DNA of 63,678 nucleotides, filler included, from Octopus bimaculoides (Eukaryota): assembly GCF_001194135.2 (NCBI RefSeq). It is 8 parts of 8 records of this genome, joined end to end, with 100 filler letters (N's around TTAATTAATTAA, not from the genome) between each part and the next. Parts side by side here need not be neighbours in the genome. Positions count along the whole stretch, not along the records: positions 12,766 to 27,725 come from NC_068989.1; 7 more parts are not named here. The stretch is one strand, 5' to 3'. Positions 12,766-25,066 of this stretch are shown here, one piece after another. Within the stretch, counting starts at the first letter, position 1. Each line of letters begins with the position of its first letter. The notes under the pieces are model-generated. The model did not search any database, had not been told where the DNA came from, and worked only from the letters and a program-made list of their open reading frames with translations. The translations under genes were made by a program, and so were the position numbers.

Positions 12766-13130
12766 CTAAGGACAATTGTCCACATCATCATGTGGGCATT
12801 GAGGACTTTTTCTCTTTCCTCATGCGCCTGTAAGGTTGTTACCTTCGTATTGGCGATGTGAGGTTGCATTGCCTGGATATAGTTCGGCAGGCTGTCTATT
12901 GACATTCTGCCGGACTTATCTGTGGGAAGGCATACCACTTCTCCCTTTTTCGTGCGCTGCATGAGCTTGTGTAGGCCACTTGCGGGTATATTCCCAAGTT
13001 GTTGGGCCTCTGTCTTATTCTGTCTCTGTCTCTTAGTGTATAATTCTAAAATCTGTCTAAGTTTTGTCCTAGCTATAGTGGACTGTGCTTCCATGTGGTC
13101 ATGAGTATGTTTAGGGATGCAGACTCTTTT
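12766..13130 (-). mobile_element. Penelope-like RT N-terminal fragment
   Basis: GNIPASGLHKLMQRTKKGEVVCLPTDKSGRMSIDSLPNYIQAMQPH..EKVLNAHMMMW resembles the PLE pre-RT NL..E..L..L...I...xDK(G/S) block; truncated by a synthetic join. Confidence 0.65.
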
Positions 13131-14716
13131 GTTAAAGATATATGCATATGTATAAATATAAATATGGTCGAAGGATATACGCATACAAATACAGTACAAA
13201 TATTAATAATTAATATGAAGCAGAGTGGAAACGAAAATTAAACTTTCTAAAATGGAAATGAAATAACGAAAAGATAAGCGGATGTAAAATAAATGAAAAT
13301 TCTCTTGTTTGTCTGTCTCTCAGTAAAAATTATTAAAAAGAAACAGAAAGGTTTTTTTTTTTTTTCTTTTTAAAAAAGTGATAATGAGACAAAAGGCAGT
13401 CCAAGGAAAGAGTATGAATGATGACAAAATACAGGCAGTACTTGAACCAGCTAAAATGTCGCTGAGGCAGCATCGGCGATTTTCTTCCCTGTTCCCGCCA
13501 CAACCTCACTAATTACAACGCAGAGGCAAGCAAATGCAAAATTGTCAGAAATTATTATCGTGCAATCTTGAGTCGAAAATTATAAATGGCAAATTATCAT
13601 TTCTTCGTGAGTTTATTTTAAAAATCATAGAGTACAATTCATCAAAGTTTACTCTTTCTCGCTTCAAACAATAATGAAGGTGGTAGTTTATTTTTTATTT
13701 GTTTATTTTTGTGTTTTCTTCTTGATTGAAACATAAAACATCTAAAGTTAGGATATACGATGTGATAAATCAGTGAATGAAACGATATCAGTATTGTGTA
13801 TAATCTTGCTTTCATCAATGTTGAATATAGAGTTATTTTCATATTTTCCATACAACGATCGTATTGTTTAAAAATAAAGGTTGCGATTTAAGTTCGTTAA
13901 CACATAAAATAGAATGGTGTAAAGGAAAGGAAAACTGAACTAGTAAACTTGAATTATTGTAACAAAACCAAACTGAACTAGTAAACTTGAATTATTGTCA
14001 CAAAACCAATCGTGTTTTGCTTTTGTTTGTTTTTTTTATCCTTTGTTTATCAGTTGACGTTCTATGATGTTTGCGCATTACAAATAGCTTAAGCTTAGAC
14101 GCTGCTTAGGCTATTAGTTAATTAAATTTAAAATCATTTCAGTCTTTTGTCTTATCTACGCTTGCTTTTACTGATTTCTATAAAATGTAAATTCATATAT
14201 ACTTATATAAATACATATGTGGGAGGAGGGGGAAAATTGTTAAGATAAATATTATTTACGATAAAATTTAATACAGTGACTTCTGAGTAAAACCGTTCGC
14301 TATATTTCGCCTACATTGAGTATCTCTGACTGTAACTCACACCCACTCCGATTGTTGTTTTATTTCCCCGCTGCCAACATGAATGATGCGAAACACATTG
14401 CATTTTGTTATATGTAATATAAGACTAATTAAGATTTATGAAAGCAGAATGAACTTTCAAATATATATTGATGCTCTTTTATCGCTTAATCTCTGCCTCT
14501 CTTTAAATAAGTTGTTTTTTAAATGTCTCCCCTACACAACTGATCTCAGTTTTTCCCTTTCACTTTCTGCCTACTACATTTTCTTTTTCTCTCACTGCGT
14601 ACTACTCCGTCTCTCGTTCTCTTTTTCTCTTTCATTATATTTCTTTATCTTTCACTCTGTCATGTTTTGTCAGTAAGATCTTTCATACCTAATACCTTCT
14701 CTATTTATTTGTCTCT

Positions 14717-15630
14717 GCCTTCAACTTCTCCTGCACTATCTCTGACACCTCTGTCTCCTTTCTTGACATTTCGATCAGCATTCATCACTCCACTTTCACC
14801 ACCTCCTTCCACTACAAACACACAGACTCACACCCATACCTCAACTTCTCCTCCTCCCACCCTAAACCCACCAAGCTTTCCATCCCCTATTCCCAATTCC
14901 TCCGTCTACGCAGGCTCTGCAGTAATGACCATGACTTTGAAACTCAATTTCAACTCATGGCTCACCACTTCATCCTACGTGGATATCCCCTCACCACTAT
15001 CCACACCGCACTTGCCAGAGCACGTTCCGTNNNNNNNNNNNNNNNNNNNNNNNNNNNNNNNNNNNNNNNNNNNNNNNNNNNNNNNNNNNNNNNNNNNNNN
15101 NNNNNNNNNNNNNNNNNNNNNNNNNNNNNNNNNNNNNNNNNNNNNNNNNNNNNNNNNNNNNNNNNNNNNNNNNNNNNNNNNNNNNNNNNNNNNNNNNNNN
15201 NNNNNNNNNNNNNNNNNNNNNNNNNNNNNNNNNNNNNNNNNNNNNNNNNNNNNNNNNNNNNNNNNNNNNNNNNNNNNNNNNNNNNNNNNNNNNNNNNNNN
15301 NNNNNNNNNNNNNNNNNNNNNNNNNNNNNNNNNNNNNNNNNNNNNNNNNNNNNNNNNNNNNNNNNNNNNNNNNNNNNNNNNNNNNNNNNNNNNNNNNNNN
15401 NNNNNNNNNNNNNNNNNNNNNNNNNNNNNNNNNNNNNNNNNNNNNNNNNNNNNNNNNNNNNNNNNNNNNNNNNNNNNNNNNNNNNNNNNCATCTCCTGCT
15501 CTCTCTGCCCTTCTCTATACATTGGGCAAACGGGACGCCACTTGGTTGACCGGTTCGCGGAACACCTCCGAAACATCCGACTTAGCAATGACACCCCGAT
15601 CTCGCGCCATTTCCACTCTATCAGTCACTA
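14717..15630 (+). mobile_element. 5'-truncated Neptune-type Penelope-like element (RT C-terminus plus GIY-YIG)
   Basis: Open frame from 14717: FNFSCTISDTSVSFLDISI..FHYKHTDSHPYLNFSSSHPKPTKLSIPYSQFLRLRRLCSNDHDF..RGYP; after the N gap, ISCSLCPSLYIGQTGRHLVDRFAEHLRNI..PISRHF. Confidence 0.92.
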
Positions 15631-16230
15631 TAGTTTCTTCACGATTTGTTTGATTGCATCTCTTACCGATATATTTACGCATCATGTAGTTAAAGAGAAG
15701 AAATTATTGATATTAGTCATTAGTCATTTTACCCCATTTTAGACATTTTTCAAAAATTAAAAATAATCAAATTAGACAATAATGTGGAAAAAAAATTGAC
15801 TTGAAATCCAAAAGAGAAATGAATATTGAATGTTAAGCATCAACAATTATCCAGACATTTTATTAGCAACTTCAAGTGTAATCGGTTCAAAGTTGAAGAA
15901 AATTACGTCAGAAAAAAAAGTACCTGTCATCTAACTATGCTCAAGTCTCTCTCAACTTCAACAACAATCATGCTTCCAAAGATAACGTAATATCGCAGAA
16001 AATGATGATGCAATTTTTGCAAAGTAAAGAGTTCAAACTGGCAAGGTGAAAATAACGAAAGATCAGAAATTACTCATTTTACCCTGGTTACTAATTTTGC
16101 ATCCCCACCATACACTTCCACTTCTTACTTTTCATGTATATTTTCTTTTTCCGACTTCTTTCCTTTTACTTATTTGTCTTTCTCTCTCTCATTCAACTTT
16201 CTTTCAGCCTATCTACTAATATCCCTCTAT

Positions 16231-16307
<77 letters not shown>

Positions 16308-17093
16308 NNNNNNNNNNNNNNNNNNNNNNNNNNNNNNNNNNNNNNNNNNNNNNNNNNNNNNNNNNNNNNNNNNNNNNNNNNNNNNNNNNNNNNNNNNNNN
16401 NNNNNNNNNNNNNNNNNNNNNNNNNNNNNNNNNNNNNNNNNNNNNNNNNNNNNNNNNNNNNNNNNNNNNNNNNNNNNNNNNNNNNNNNNNNNNNNNNNNN
16501 NNNNNNNNNNNNNNNNNNNNNNNNNNNNNNNNNNNNNNNNNNNNNNNNNNNNNNNNNNNNNNNNNNNNNNNNNNNNNNNNNNNNNNNNNNNNNNNNNNNN
16601 NNNNNNNNNNNNNNNNNNNNNNNNNNNNNNNNNNNNNNNNNNNNNNNNNNNNNNNNNNNNNNNNNNNNNNNNNNNNNNNNNNNNNNNNNNNNNNNNNNNN
16701 NNNNNNNNNNNNNNNNNNNNNNNNNNNNNNNNNNNNNNNNNNNNNNNNNNNNNNNNNNNNNNNNNNNNNNNNNNNNNNNNNNNNNNNNNNNNNNNNNNNN
16801 NNNNNNNNNNNNNNNNNNNNNNNNNNNNNNNNNNNNNNNNNNNNNNNNNNNNNNNNNNNNNNNNNNNNNNNNNNNNNNNNNNNNNNNNNNNNNNNNNNNN
16901 NNNNNNNNNNNNNNNNNNNNNNNNNNNNNNNNNNNNNNNNNNNNNNNNNNNNNNNNNNNNNNNNNNNNNNNNNNNNNNNNNNNNNNNNNNNNNNNNNNNN
17001 NNNNNNNNNNNNNNNNNNNNNNNNNNNNATACAGACAGCTACAGGCAGACAGTTAGAAACAGTGGCAGATAAGTTGAAAGAGAGAGATATCAT

Positions 17094-17213
17094 TATCTCT
17101 CTCTCTCTCTCCGTTGCACTCTCTCTCTCTCTCCGTTGCACTCTCTCTCTCTCCGTTGCACTCTCTCTCTCTCTCCGTTGCACTCTCTCTCTCTCTCCGT
17201 TGCACTCTCTCTC
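17094..17213. repeat. Minisatellite of (CT)n-CCGTTGCA units, 5 copies
   Basis: Constant CCGTTGCA spacer between variable (CT)n runs. Confidence 0.9.
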
Positions 17214-18130
17214 CAAAACAACTAAGTATGTACAGTGTTGAATAATTCTGAAAATAAATCTTATAAAGCGGAAGAAATTCAACAGCTCCAAATGCTAAAC
17301 TATTAGCCACAATATATGTGTGTGTCTGTCTGTATGTCTGTCTGTCTGTCTGTGTAAAAGTAGTTAATAAATCGTATACTATACACCTGGTAGTTTACCG
17401 GCAAAGCACGTTCACGAGCTTACTGTTTGTTGGGTATGTAATTAATGAGAGAGAAGGAAAATGGAAGATATGAAGATCTTTATTGATCACTACCATTGTT
17501 TTTGACCCAACTCTCACGGGTTGGATACTGCACAACTGGTTTAGGTGTATCTTTTGGTGACGCCCCACCAAACGGCATCGTATCACTGGTCATTAATCGG
17601 CACCGACTTTATTAATATGTACTTCACTCCGTGTGCGAGCGTGTGTGTGTGTGTGGGCGCAAGACCACGTGTGTGTTTGTATGTACGTATGTATTTGTAC
17701 GAGCGTGTGCACGTGCACCAGACCACGTATATCTTGGCGTTTGTACGGTTATATGTAATAATTTGTTTTACGCTGTATTGTGTACTTGTTTCCTTTTGTA
17801 TTTGATCTTTCTCATTGATTTATAAGAATCAAGCATTAATTCTTAACTTGCTATTTCTATCTACGAAGACAAAGAAGAAAACACGAAGAGATAAGTCATG
17901 CGAAACAAACTTTATTTTAACGAGATACATTTTGAAATCACCTGAGGAAACACATCTACACCGATGGATACACCTAAACCAGTTCTGAAGTATCCCACCC
18001 GCGAGAGATAGATGTTAGGCTGGTCTAAATAATTGTAGTGATCAATAATGATTCTCGTATCTTCCATCTTCTTTCTCCCTGTCTCATTAATTACATACAC
18101 ACACACTTACACACACACATACACACACAC

Positions 18131-18187
<57 letters not shown>

Positions 18188-19319
18188 NNNNNNNNNNNNN
18201 NNNNNNNNNNNNNNNNNNNNNNNNNNNNNNNNNNNNNNNNNNNNNNNNNNNNNNNNNNNNNNNNNNNNNNNNNNNNNNNNNNNNNNNNNNNNNNNNNNNN
18301 NNNNNNNNNNNNNNNNNNNNNNNNNNNNNNNNNNNNNNNNNNNNNNNNNNNNNNNNNNNNNNNNNNNNNNNNNNNNNNNNNNNNNNNNNNNNNNNNNNNN
18401 NNNNNNNNNNNNNNNNNNNNNNNNNNNNNNNNNNNNNNNNNNNNNNNNNNNNNNNNNNNNNNNNNNNNNNNNNNNNNNNNNNNNNNNNNNNNNNNNNNNN
18501 NNNNNNNNNNNNNNCCGTCTCTTAAGACGGATATTCAATGTCGAGAGATGAGAATAGACAAAATTTAGGAATAAGAAATTTAATGATGGGTTCAAACCAA
18601 ACGATGCTTCTCTTAATTAAAATTTGGCGTCGGTCTTTTGACTCATTCCTTTTATAAGTGTATCAAAGAATTTTACCATTTTGTTATAGTATTTCTGTTG
18701 AAATACATTCCTTTTGTTTCAAATAATTTTGAAAATAATTAATAAATTAATAAAATATCTGTATGCATTACTAATCTGGTATTTGAAAGGTAAACTAATT
18801 TGAAATATTAACAGCAGATCACGTTAAAACAGGAAGTTTGTATCGCAGAGCCAGAGGTGGTCTCAGGCAATTGTAATCAACTGCGCTTGATGCGCTAAAT
18901 AAGCTAAATGCACATAATAAATCAGGTGACAGTTCAAATCAGTTGATATTTTTCAGCTCACAAGTATGAAACCCAAAGACGTATTATTGTGACCAATTGC
19001 TATAATTTTTAATTGTATTTGAATATTGATCTTTGTACAATTACTCGTGTAATTTATGCATTTATGCGTATATGTATCCATGGACCCCTTATATATATAA
19101 CTGTAACTCCAATGGATCTTCATCTTCTTCTGCATTCGTGTTCTTCTTTTATCCTTTATTGTACCCCACCATCTCCTAATTCTGGGGTTATATAAACAGT
19201 ATTTATTACAAATGGCTTCTAGTACGGTCTCTATAATTCCCCAGAGAAAACATTGATAAAAGTTGATTTTTGTCTCCTCAAGTAAATCTAGAGTATGCGC
19301 ATTAATGAAATATCATTAT

Positions 19320-19416
<97 letters not shown>

Positions 19417-19466
19417 TAGACGGAGAGACGGACGGACGGACGGACGGACGGACGGACGGACGGGTG

Positions 19467-19502
<36 letters not shown>

Positions 19503-19505
19503 GGC

Positions 19506-19556
<51 letters not shown>

Positions 19557-19558
19557 CA
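19320..19558. repeat. Compound tetranucleotide microsatellite
   Basis: (TAGA)n-(CAGA)n-(CGGA)n-(CAGA)n-(TAGA)n. Confidence 0.95.
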
Positions 19559-19571
19559 TACATGTATATAT

Positions 19572-19604
<33 letters not shown>

Positions 19605-19607
19605 ATA

Positions 19608-20428
19608 CGAGGTGGTATCAAAAAGTTCGCGGACTAGTTCTGTAGCGCGCCAACAGATGGCAGCAGACGGTTGCGTGCGCAGTGAGAGCTAGCTGTGACC
19701 TTCATCATGTAGTGTCCCGAGTGACATCCGTGTGTTTACTTCGCAAGTTGTGAAATTTGTGTTTTTGTGATCAATGTAGTCAGCTATTTTGTCATGGACA
19801 GGAAGTTGGAACAAAGAGCCAACGTGAAATTTTTGCATTAAACTTGAAAAGTCTGCCTCAGAGATGTTGAGCATTCTACGGCAATCTTATGGTGATGAGG
19901 CAGTGCTTATGGTGACAACGCAATGGGTCGTACGCAATGTTTTGAGTGGCTTCAAAAGCGGAAGAACGTCCCTGGAAAACGATGAGCGATCTGAAATTCG
20001 TCCCCCAGGGACAAACTGTTTCGAAGCGTTTCAAGGAGGGCATTCGGGGAAACGGCTGGGTTTGTGGACCACGAAGAATTAGATTCTTCACCGAGCTCCC
20101 CTCACACTTGAGTTTCTTGCCAAAAATATGATATCACTTCTGCACCCGCCCTATTCACCATATTTAGCTCCTGCAGACTTCTATCTCTTCTCCGATGGAA
20201 ATACAGCTCAAAGGTCGCCCTTTTAACACCGTTGTCGATATCCAGAAGGTTCTTGATTCACTTACGGAAAACGACTTCCAAGCCGGATTCCAAAGGTGAC
20301 AGGAACGCAGCGACCGGTGTATTACTGCGCAAGGGGACTATTTCGAAGGAGATGATGTTAAAACTTAGGTAAATAAGTTATTTTTTTACTAAACACAACT
20401 AGTCCGGGAACCTATTGATACCACTTCG
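19608..20428 (+). mobile_element. Internally deleted mariner transposon
   Basis: About 28-bp TIRs (CGAGGTGGTATCAAAAAGTTCGCGGACT vs CGAAGTGGTATCAATAGGTTCCCGGACT), TA on both sides. Remnants MDRKLEQRANVKF..KSASEMLSILRQSYGDEA..FKSGRTSLENDERS and LHPPYSPYLAPADFYLF; 821 bp. Confidence 0.92.
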
Positions 20429-20679
20429 TACATATTTCGGTTTATGTCGGACTAGTGAGTGAGGAGTTCCCAATACATGTAGCAGAGGTTGTTTTTGATT
20501 CAAACTGAAACTAGATGTTTGTCTCACGATTCGAGTTTAACGCTACTGCGATCTTCTAGTCGCAATATAAACTCAGTTTCAGCCTCAATACACACACACA
20601 CACACACATATGTATGCATGTATGTAAGTACATGTGTATGTGTGCATGTATGCATGTATGTATATCATGACTGTTTTAT

Positions 20680-21890
20680 CTTCATCTTCCCTTGATGAAT
20701 CTAGATTCGACCAGAGGAACTGATATCATCAGACAGCATTCAACGACTATTGCGTGTTTCAACCCTGAACTGTAACGACTCGCGTCAACAGCGGTGACCT
20801 AATCACTGTCCATCATCTCCTTCTGGCTTCCAGCTTAACTTTCGTCCTTTTCTTTTTATTCCAAAGTCTGTAAGCATTCTTCATAATGATTGGGCAGGGA
20901 ATCTTCTGCAGTTAACCTCGACTGAGAATATCTATGCCTGTAATCCTGTAAAATGCTCTGATACTTTCCACGCTTCCATTCAGTCTTGACCTCGCCCATT
21001 TTTGCATGGAATGATAAGCTCGATCAGTATTATTTTCTTTGCCTTTTCAGTCCTCAAAACTCCTCAATTTTAGCCGGATTAGCTGGATGACCTGGGGAAC
21101 CTACAGTCTTTCCCTCGGGTCTACTTTCATTTCCCATGATTGGGTCCCATGTAGTAGACTACTTTGTTCTTTTTGCTTTTCTCCTTCACTCACAAAATTT
21201 ATTGCAAGTGTTGTTTTCCCTTGCGCTTGGTGTTTCTTCTGTCTTCTCTTTCTACAGAATGGGGGAGCGTTTGAAAGCATTTAATTGGGTTTTCCTCTAT
21301 CGATGGAATGGCCTCATTTGTACTTGCTGCTTGATCCTGTCCATTATTTCACCATCCCTAATCTCTTTACTTCTAGATTTCTTACACTTAAAATTCATCC
21401 TAGCCAATCTTGTCTTGTGTTCAAGTGAAACCAGAACCTGTTTCACCTGCACATGCGTCGTAGTTGTCACAGTGAGATCGTAAATGAAACCCCTTACTGG
21501 GTGTTTTTGACTGCTCGATCCATTGTTGGCTCTTGGACTTCTTTATGAAGAGCTGATATAAGGCGGTCCATTCCCACGATGAAGAGAATGGGAAAATTGT
21601 GTAGTTAGTTACGATTTCGTTCTCCAGGTCCGGCGACCGAGTTTTAAAGTGGGCTGTTTAGAAGCACAACTGGATTTTTGTAAAACAGCTGGTAATCATT
21701 CCCTTGTTATGCTAACACATAGGGTAGTTGTCAAGGACTGCATATATGTGGACATGAGAAATTGATCTGTACGCATTTGCCAAATCTAACCAAACCACTA
21801 TTATGTATCTTTTGCTTTTGAGGGGTTCCGGTTTCATCTGATTCAGAAATTCGGTTTGTCCTAAACATCTGAGAGACCAGAAATACCACC
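20680..21890 (-). mobile_element. Hero-type RLE non-LTR retrotransposon remnant with internal deletion
   Basis: VVWLDLANAYRSISH; ILFIVGMD; RGFIYDLTVTTTTHVQ..ARMNFKCKKSRS..AIPSIEENPIKC; then jumps near 21275 to AINFVSEGE..SWEMKVD..KKIILIELIIPC..KRGKYQ..VEVNCRRFPAQSL (restriction-like endonuclease). Confidence 0.85.
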
Positions 21891-22091
21891 ATATGTGCGC
21901 GTGTGCGTATGTGTACATATATAATACTATATACATATGTACAAAAATATTTATAAATAGTTATTATATCTCTATACTATAATAATCGATATAAATGTTG
22001 GCTAGTTGCTTCTCAAGTTCCGTTTTGCATCGTACAGCGACAAGGATATATACATACATGTATATATATATATATATATATNNNNNNNNNN

Positions 22092-22125
<34 letters not shown>

Positions 22126-22591
22126 TGAAGAGGGTAAAAGATAGAAAAACAGAGACAGTTAATATAATAGGTCTAGGGTGGGTGTACATAAGAGGATTTG
22201 TGGCAGATAATGAGTAAAGGGACGCTATACACACAGTGAGAGAGAAAAAACAAAAGACAGAAGAGATGAAGGAGGAGGAGTGGGAGTAACTGACAAACTA
22301 GTAGTGAGAGGACTTATACAAATAAGAAATTTGCTTTAATTTTATTTTGAGGTAATAAATGTTTTTTCATCAAGAAATTTCGTAAAAGTAAATTACATTT
22401 TTTTGCGCGTGTGCCATATTTCCTGATATAACCTTTGGTAGCAAAATAATATTTGCAAAGTTACCGGTCATATGATGGGTAACGCTCTAGCATAAATGAT
22501 AAAAAAAAGAAAAAGAGCCCAAAGATAAGATGGTCTGCATCAGCAAAATTTGTATCGGTTCATAAAAAGAAAAGACTGGAACAGTACGGTG

Positions 22592-22812
22592 AAATTATTT
22601 ATTTCTCTATTGCCCACTAGGGGACAAACAAGGACAGACAAAAGGTTTAAGTCGATTACATCGATCCCAGTGCGTAACTGGTACTTATTTAATCGACTCC
22701 GAAAGGATGAAAGGCGAAGTCGACCGCGGCGGAGTTTGAACTCAGAACGTAACGGCAGAAGAAATACCGCTAAGCATTTAGCCCGGCGTGCTAACGATTC
22801 TGCCAGCTTGCT
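22592..22812 (-). mobile_element. tRNA-derived SINE (GCTGGCAGAATCGTTAG family)
   Basis: Head GCTGGCAGAATCGTTAGCACG..GAGTTCAAACTCCGCC, body CTTTCATCCTTTCGG. Further minus-strand copies at 33298-33460, 41213-41335, 52570-52752 and 59800-59880. Confidence 0.8.
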
Positions 22813-23167
22813 GTACGGTGAAATTATTGTGAGGAGTGGGGTGTCCGAACAGAGACCCTCATCGGAGTAAAAATTACAGTGGGGGGTGGACAGCACTGTA
22901 TTACATCTGTTATGTTTGAGAAACTGGTTGCAATTGATGAGAAACCCGAAACAAGGTAAGCTTTATNNNNNNNNNNNNNNNNNNNNNNNNNNNNNNNNNN
23001 NNNNNNNNNNNNNNNNNNNNNNNNNNNNNNNNNNNNNNNNNNNNNNNNNNNNNNNNNNNNNNNNNNNNNNNNNNNNNNNNNNNNNNNNNNNNNNNNNNNN
23101 NNNNNNNNNNNNNNNNNNNNNNNNNNNNNNNNNNNNNNNNNNNNNNNNNNNNNNNNNNNNNNNNNNN

Positions 23168-23452
23168 ACTCCACACGTGTACCCTTAACGTAGTTCTCGG
23201 GGATATTCAGCGTGACACAGTGTGACAAGGCTGACCCTTTGAATTACAGGCACAACAGAAACAGGAAGTAAGAGTGAGAGAAAATTGTGGTGAAAGAGTA
23301 CAGCAGGGTTCACCACCATCCCTTGCCGGAGCCTCGTGGAGCTTTAGGTGTTTTCGCTCAATAAACACTCACAACGCCCGGTTTGGGAATCGAAACCGCG
23401 ATCCTATGACCGCGAGTCTGCTGCCCTAACCACTGGGCCATTGCGCCTCCAC
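23168..23452 (-). mobile_element. tRNA-derived SINE (GGCGCAATGGCCCAGTGG family)
   Basis: A box TGGCCCAGTGG, B box GGTTTCGATTCC; body nearly identical to 58400-58590; inverted head copy at 23644-23752. Confidence 0.88.
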
Positions 23453-23752
23453 AAGCATAGAATACCTCACTTTTATTTTCTTCTTGCCATCTTTACTGTA
23501 CAGAAATATCTTGTGCGAAACGTTGGGTACTCCACCCCACATGGTAAGTTCAGTGTACGCTTTCGCTGACTTCTTTCCAATTATATATATAATACACCTT
23601 TCAATTCCAAGAAGAAAATAAAAGTGAGGTATTCTATGCATGTGGAGGCGCAATGGCCCAGTGGTTAGGGCAGCGGACTCGCGGTCATAGGATCGCGGTT
23701 TCGATTCCCAGACCGGGCGTTGTGAGTGTTTATTGAGCGAAAACACCTAAAG
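23342..23752. repeat. 145-bp inverted duplication (23342-23486 / 23608-23752), 121-bp spacer
   Basis: Arms differ at 3 positions and include the SINE head plus about 35 bp of non-SINE flank. Confidence 0.93.
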
Positions 23753-24313
23753 ATATCTCTTTAGAGAGAATGTGTTCTTTATTTGTTCCTTCTCTCTCTC
23801 TCTCTCTCTCTCTTTCAGTCTATTATCTACCTCTCCTTTTCTATGCATCCCACATCGCTACTTTCCTGTATAACTCTCCACTATTTCTTCTTTTTCCGTC
23901 TCTTCAAAGAATATTATTCGAACTAATTTTGCAATATGTAACTTAATTTGATGCAAACGATTCTTCTGTGCAAAATTGTTCTGTGTGGTTTGTTTTGTTG
24001 CAAAACATCGCTGGTTTCCTGAGCTCCATCTTAGTCATAATGACTTAAATCTATTATAATAATAACTCCTTGAACTTCCAGCCTGTTACACACACACACA
24101 CACACACACACATCACACACCCAAACAAGCATGCACACACGTTCTTGTACGTAAATATTCAATGTCATTGGCTTCAGCTTTCTGTCTTGCCAGCAATATG
24201 CAAACATTCAGTCTGTCAACAATCCTCTTTCTCACTTTCTTTCTCTCCTTCTTTCTCTGTTTCTGTCTCCGTTTTTCTCTCACATTCTCCCTTTCTCCCT
24301 CTCTCTCCCTCTT

Positions 24314-24357
<44 letters not shown>

Positions 24358-24635
24358 ATTAATAATTAGGTAGGACACGAACAAAGCACAATCAAAGAAG
24401 GAAACAGCAAGTATATTACGAAGTCAACGGATTTACTGATGTGAAGGTAACAAAAGGAAATAAATATAATGGAGCAGAGATAGATATTCTTTAGCAAAGA
24501 AGGCAAAACAGAAATAAGCACAGAATACGTAAGAGAAAAATTAATATCTGTTTATATGCGTACGTATGCATGTTTGCATTTGTGTGTGTGAAATCGTTTT
24601 ATGTACGTACAACAAGCGTGGGAGACTAAATGAAA

Positions 24636-25066
24636 TATTCTTTTATTCTTTTTTGCTTGTCTCAGGTATTCGGCTGCGGCCATGCTGGAGCACCACTTTG
24701 AGGGGTTTTAGTCGAACAAATCGACTCCAGGACTTTTTTTTTAACCTAGTACTTATTCTATCACTCTCTTTTGCTGAACTGCTAAGTTACAGGGACGTAA
24801 ACACACCAGCACCGGTTGTGAAGCGGTGAGGGGGAACAAACACACAGGCAAAAACACACACACACACATACACACACATCGATATTTATATATATATTAT
24901 ACAACGGGCGTCTTTCGGTCTCCGTCTACCAAATCCACTCACAAGGCTTTGGCAGGCCCGAGACTATAGTAAAAGACACTTATCCGAGGTGCCACGCAAT
25001 AGGACTGAATCTAGGACCTTGTGGTTGGGAAGCAAGCTTCTTACGATACAGCCATGCCTGCGCCTA
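24636..25066 (-). mobile_element. Full-length tRNA-derived SINE (GGCTGTGTGGTAAG family)
   Basis: Head with A/B boxes, GGGCAAGTGTCTTCTACTATAG-like body, internal microsatellite, tail CAGCATGGCCGCAG..GAAACAAG(TAAAAGA)n. Confidence 0.85.

Noticed and set aside
20690-20745. CTGATGA plus hairpin in the Hero 3' region (minus strand)
   Set aside because: Followed by GAAT rather than GAAA, and no stem I pairing; not called a hammerhead.
22835-22965. CCGATGAGGGTCTC (minus) and TTGATGAGAAACCCGAAAC (plus) hammerhead-like remnants
   Set aside because: Too many core and helix defects; possibly fossils but not supportable.
23644-23720. tRNA-like sequence with A and B boxes
   Set aside because: No closed acceptor stem, and it continues into a SINE body; it is a SINE head, as are the other tRNA-like heads.
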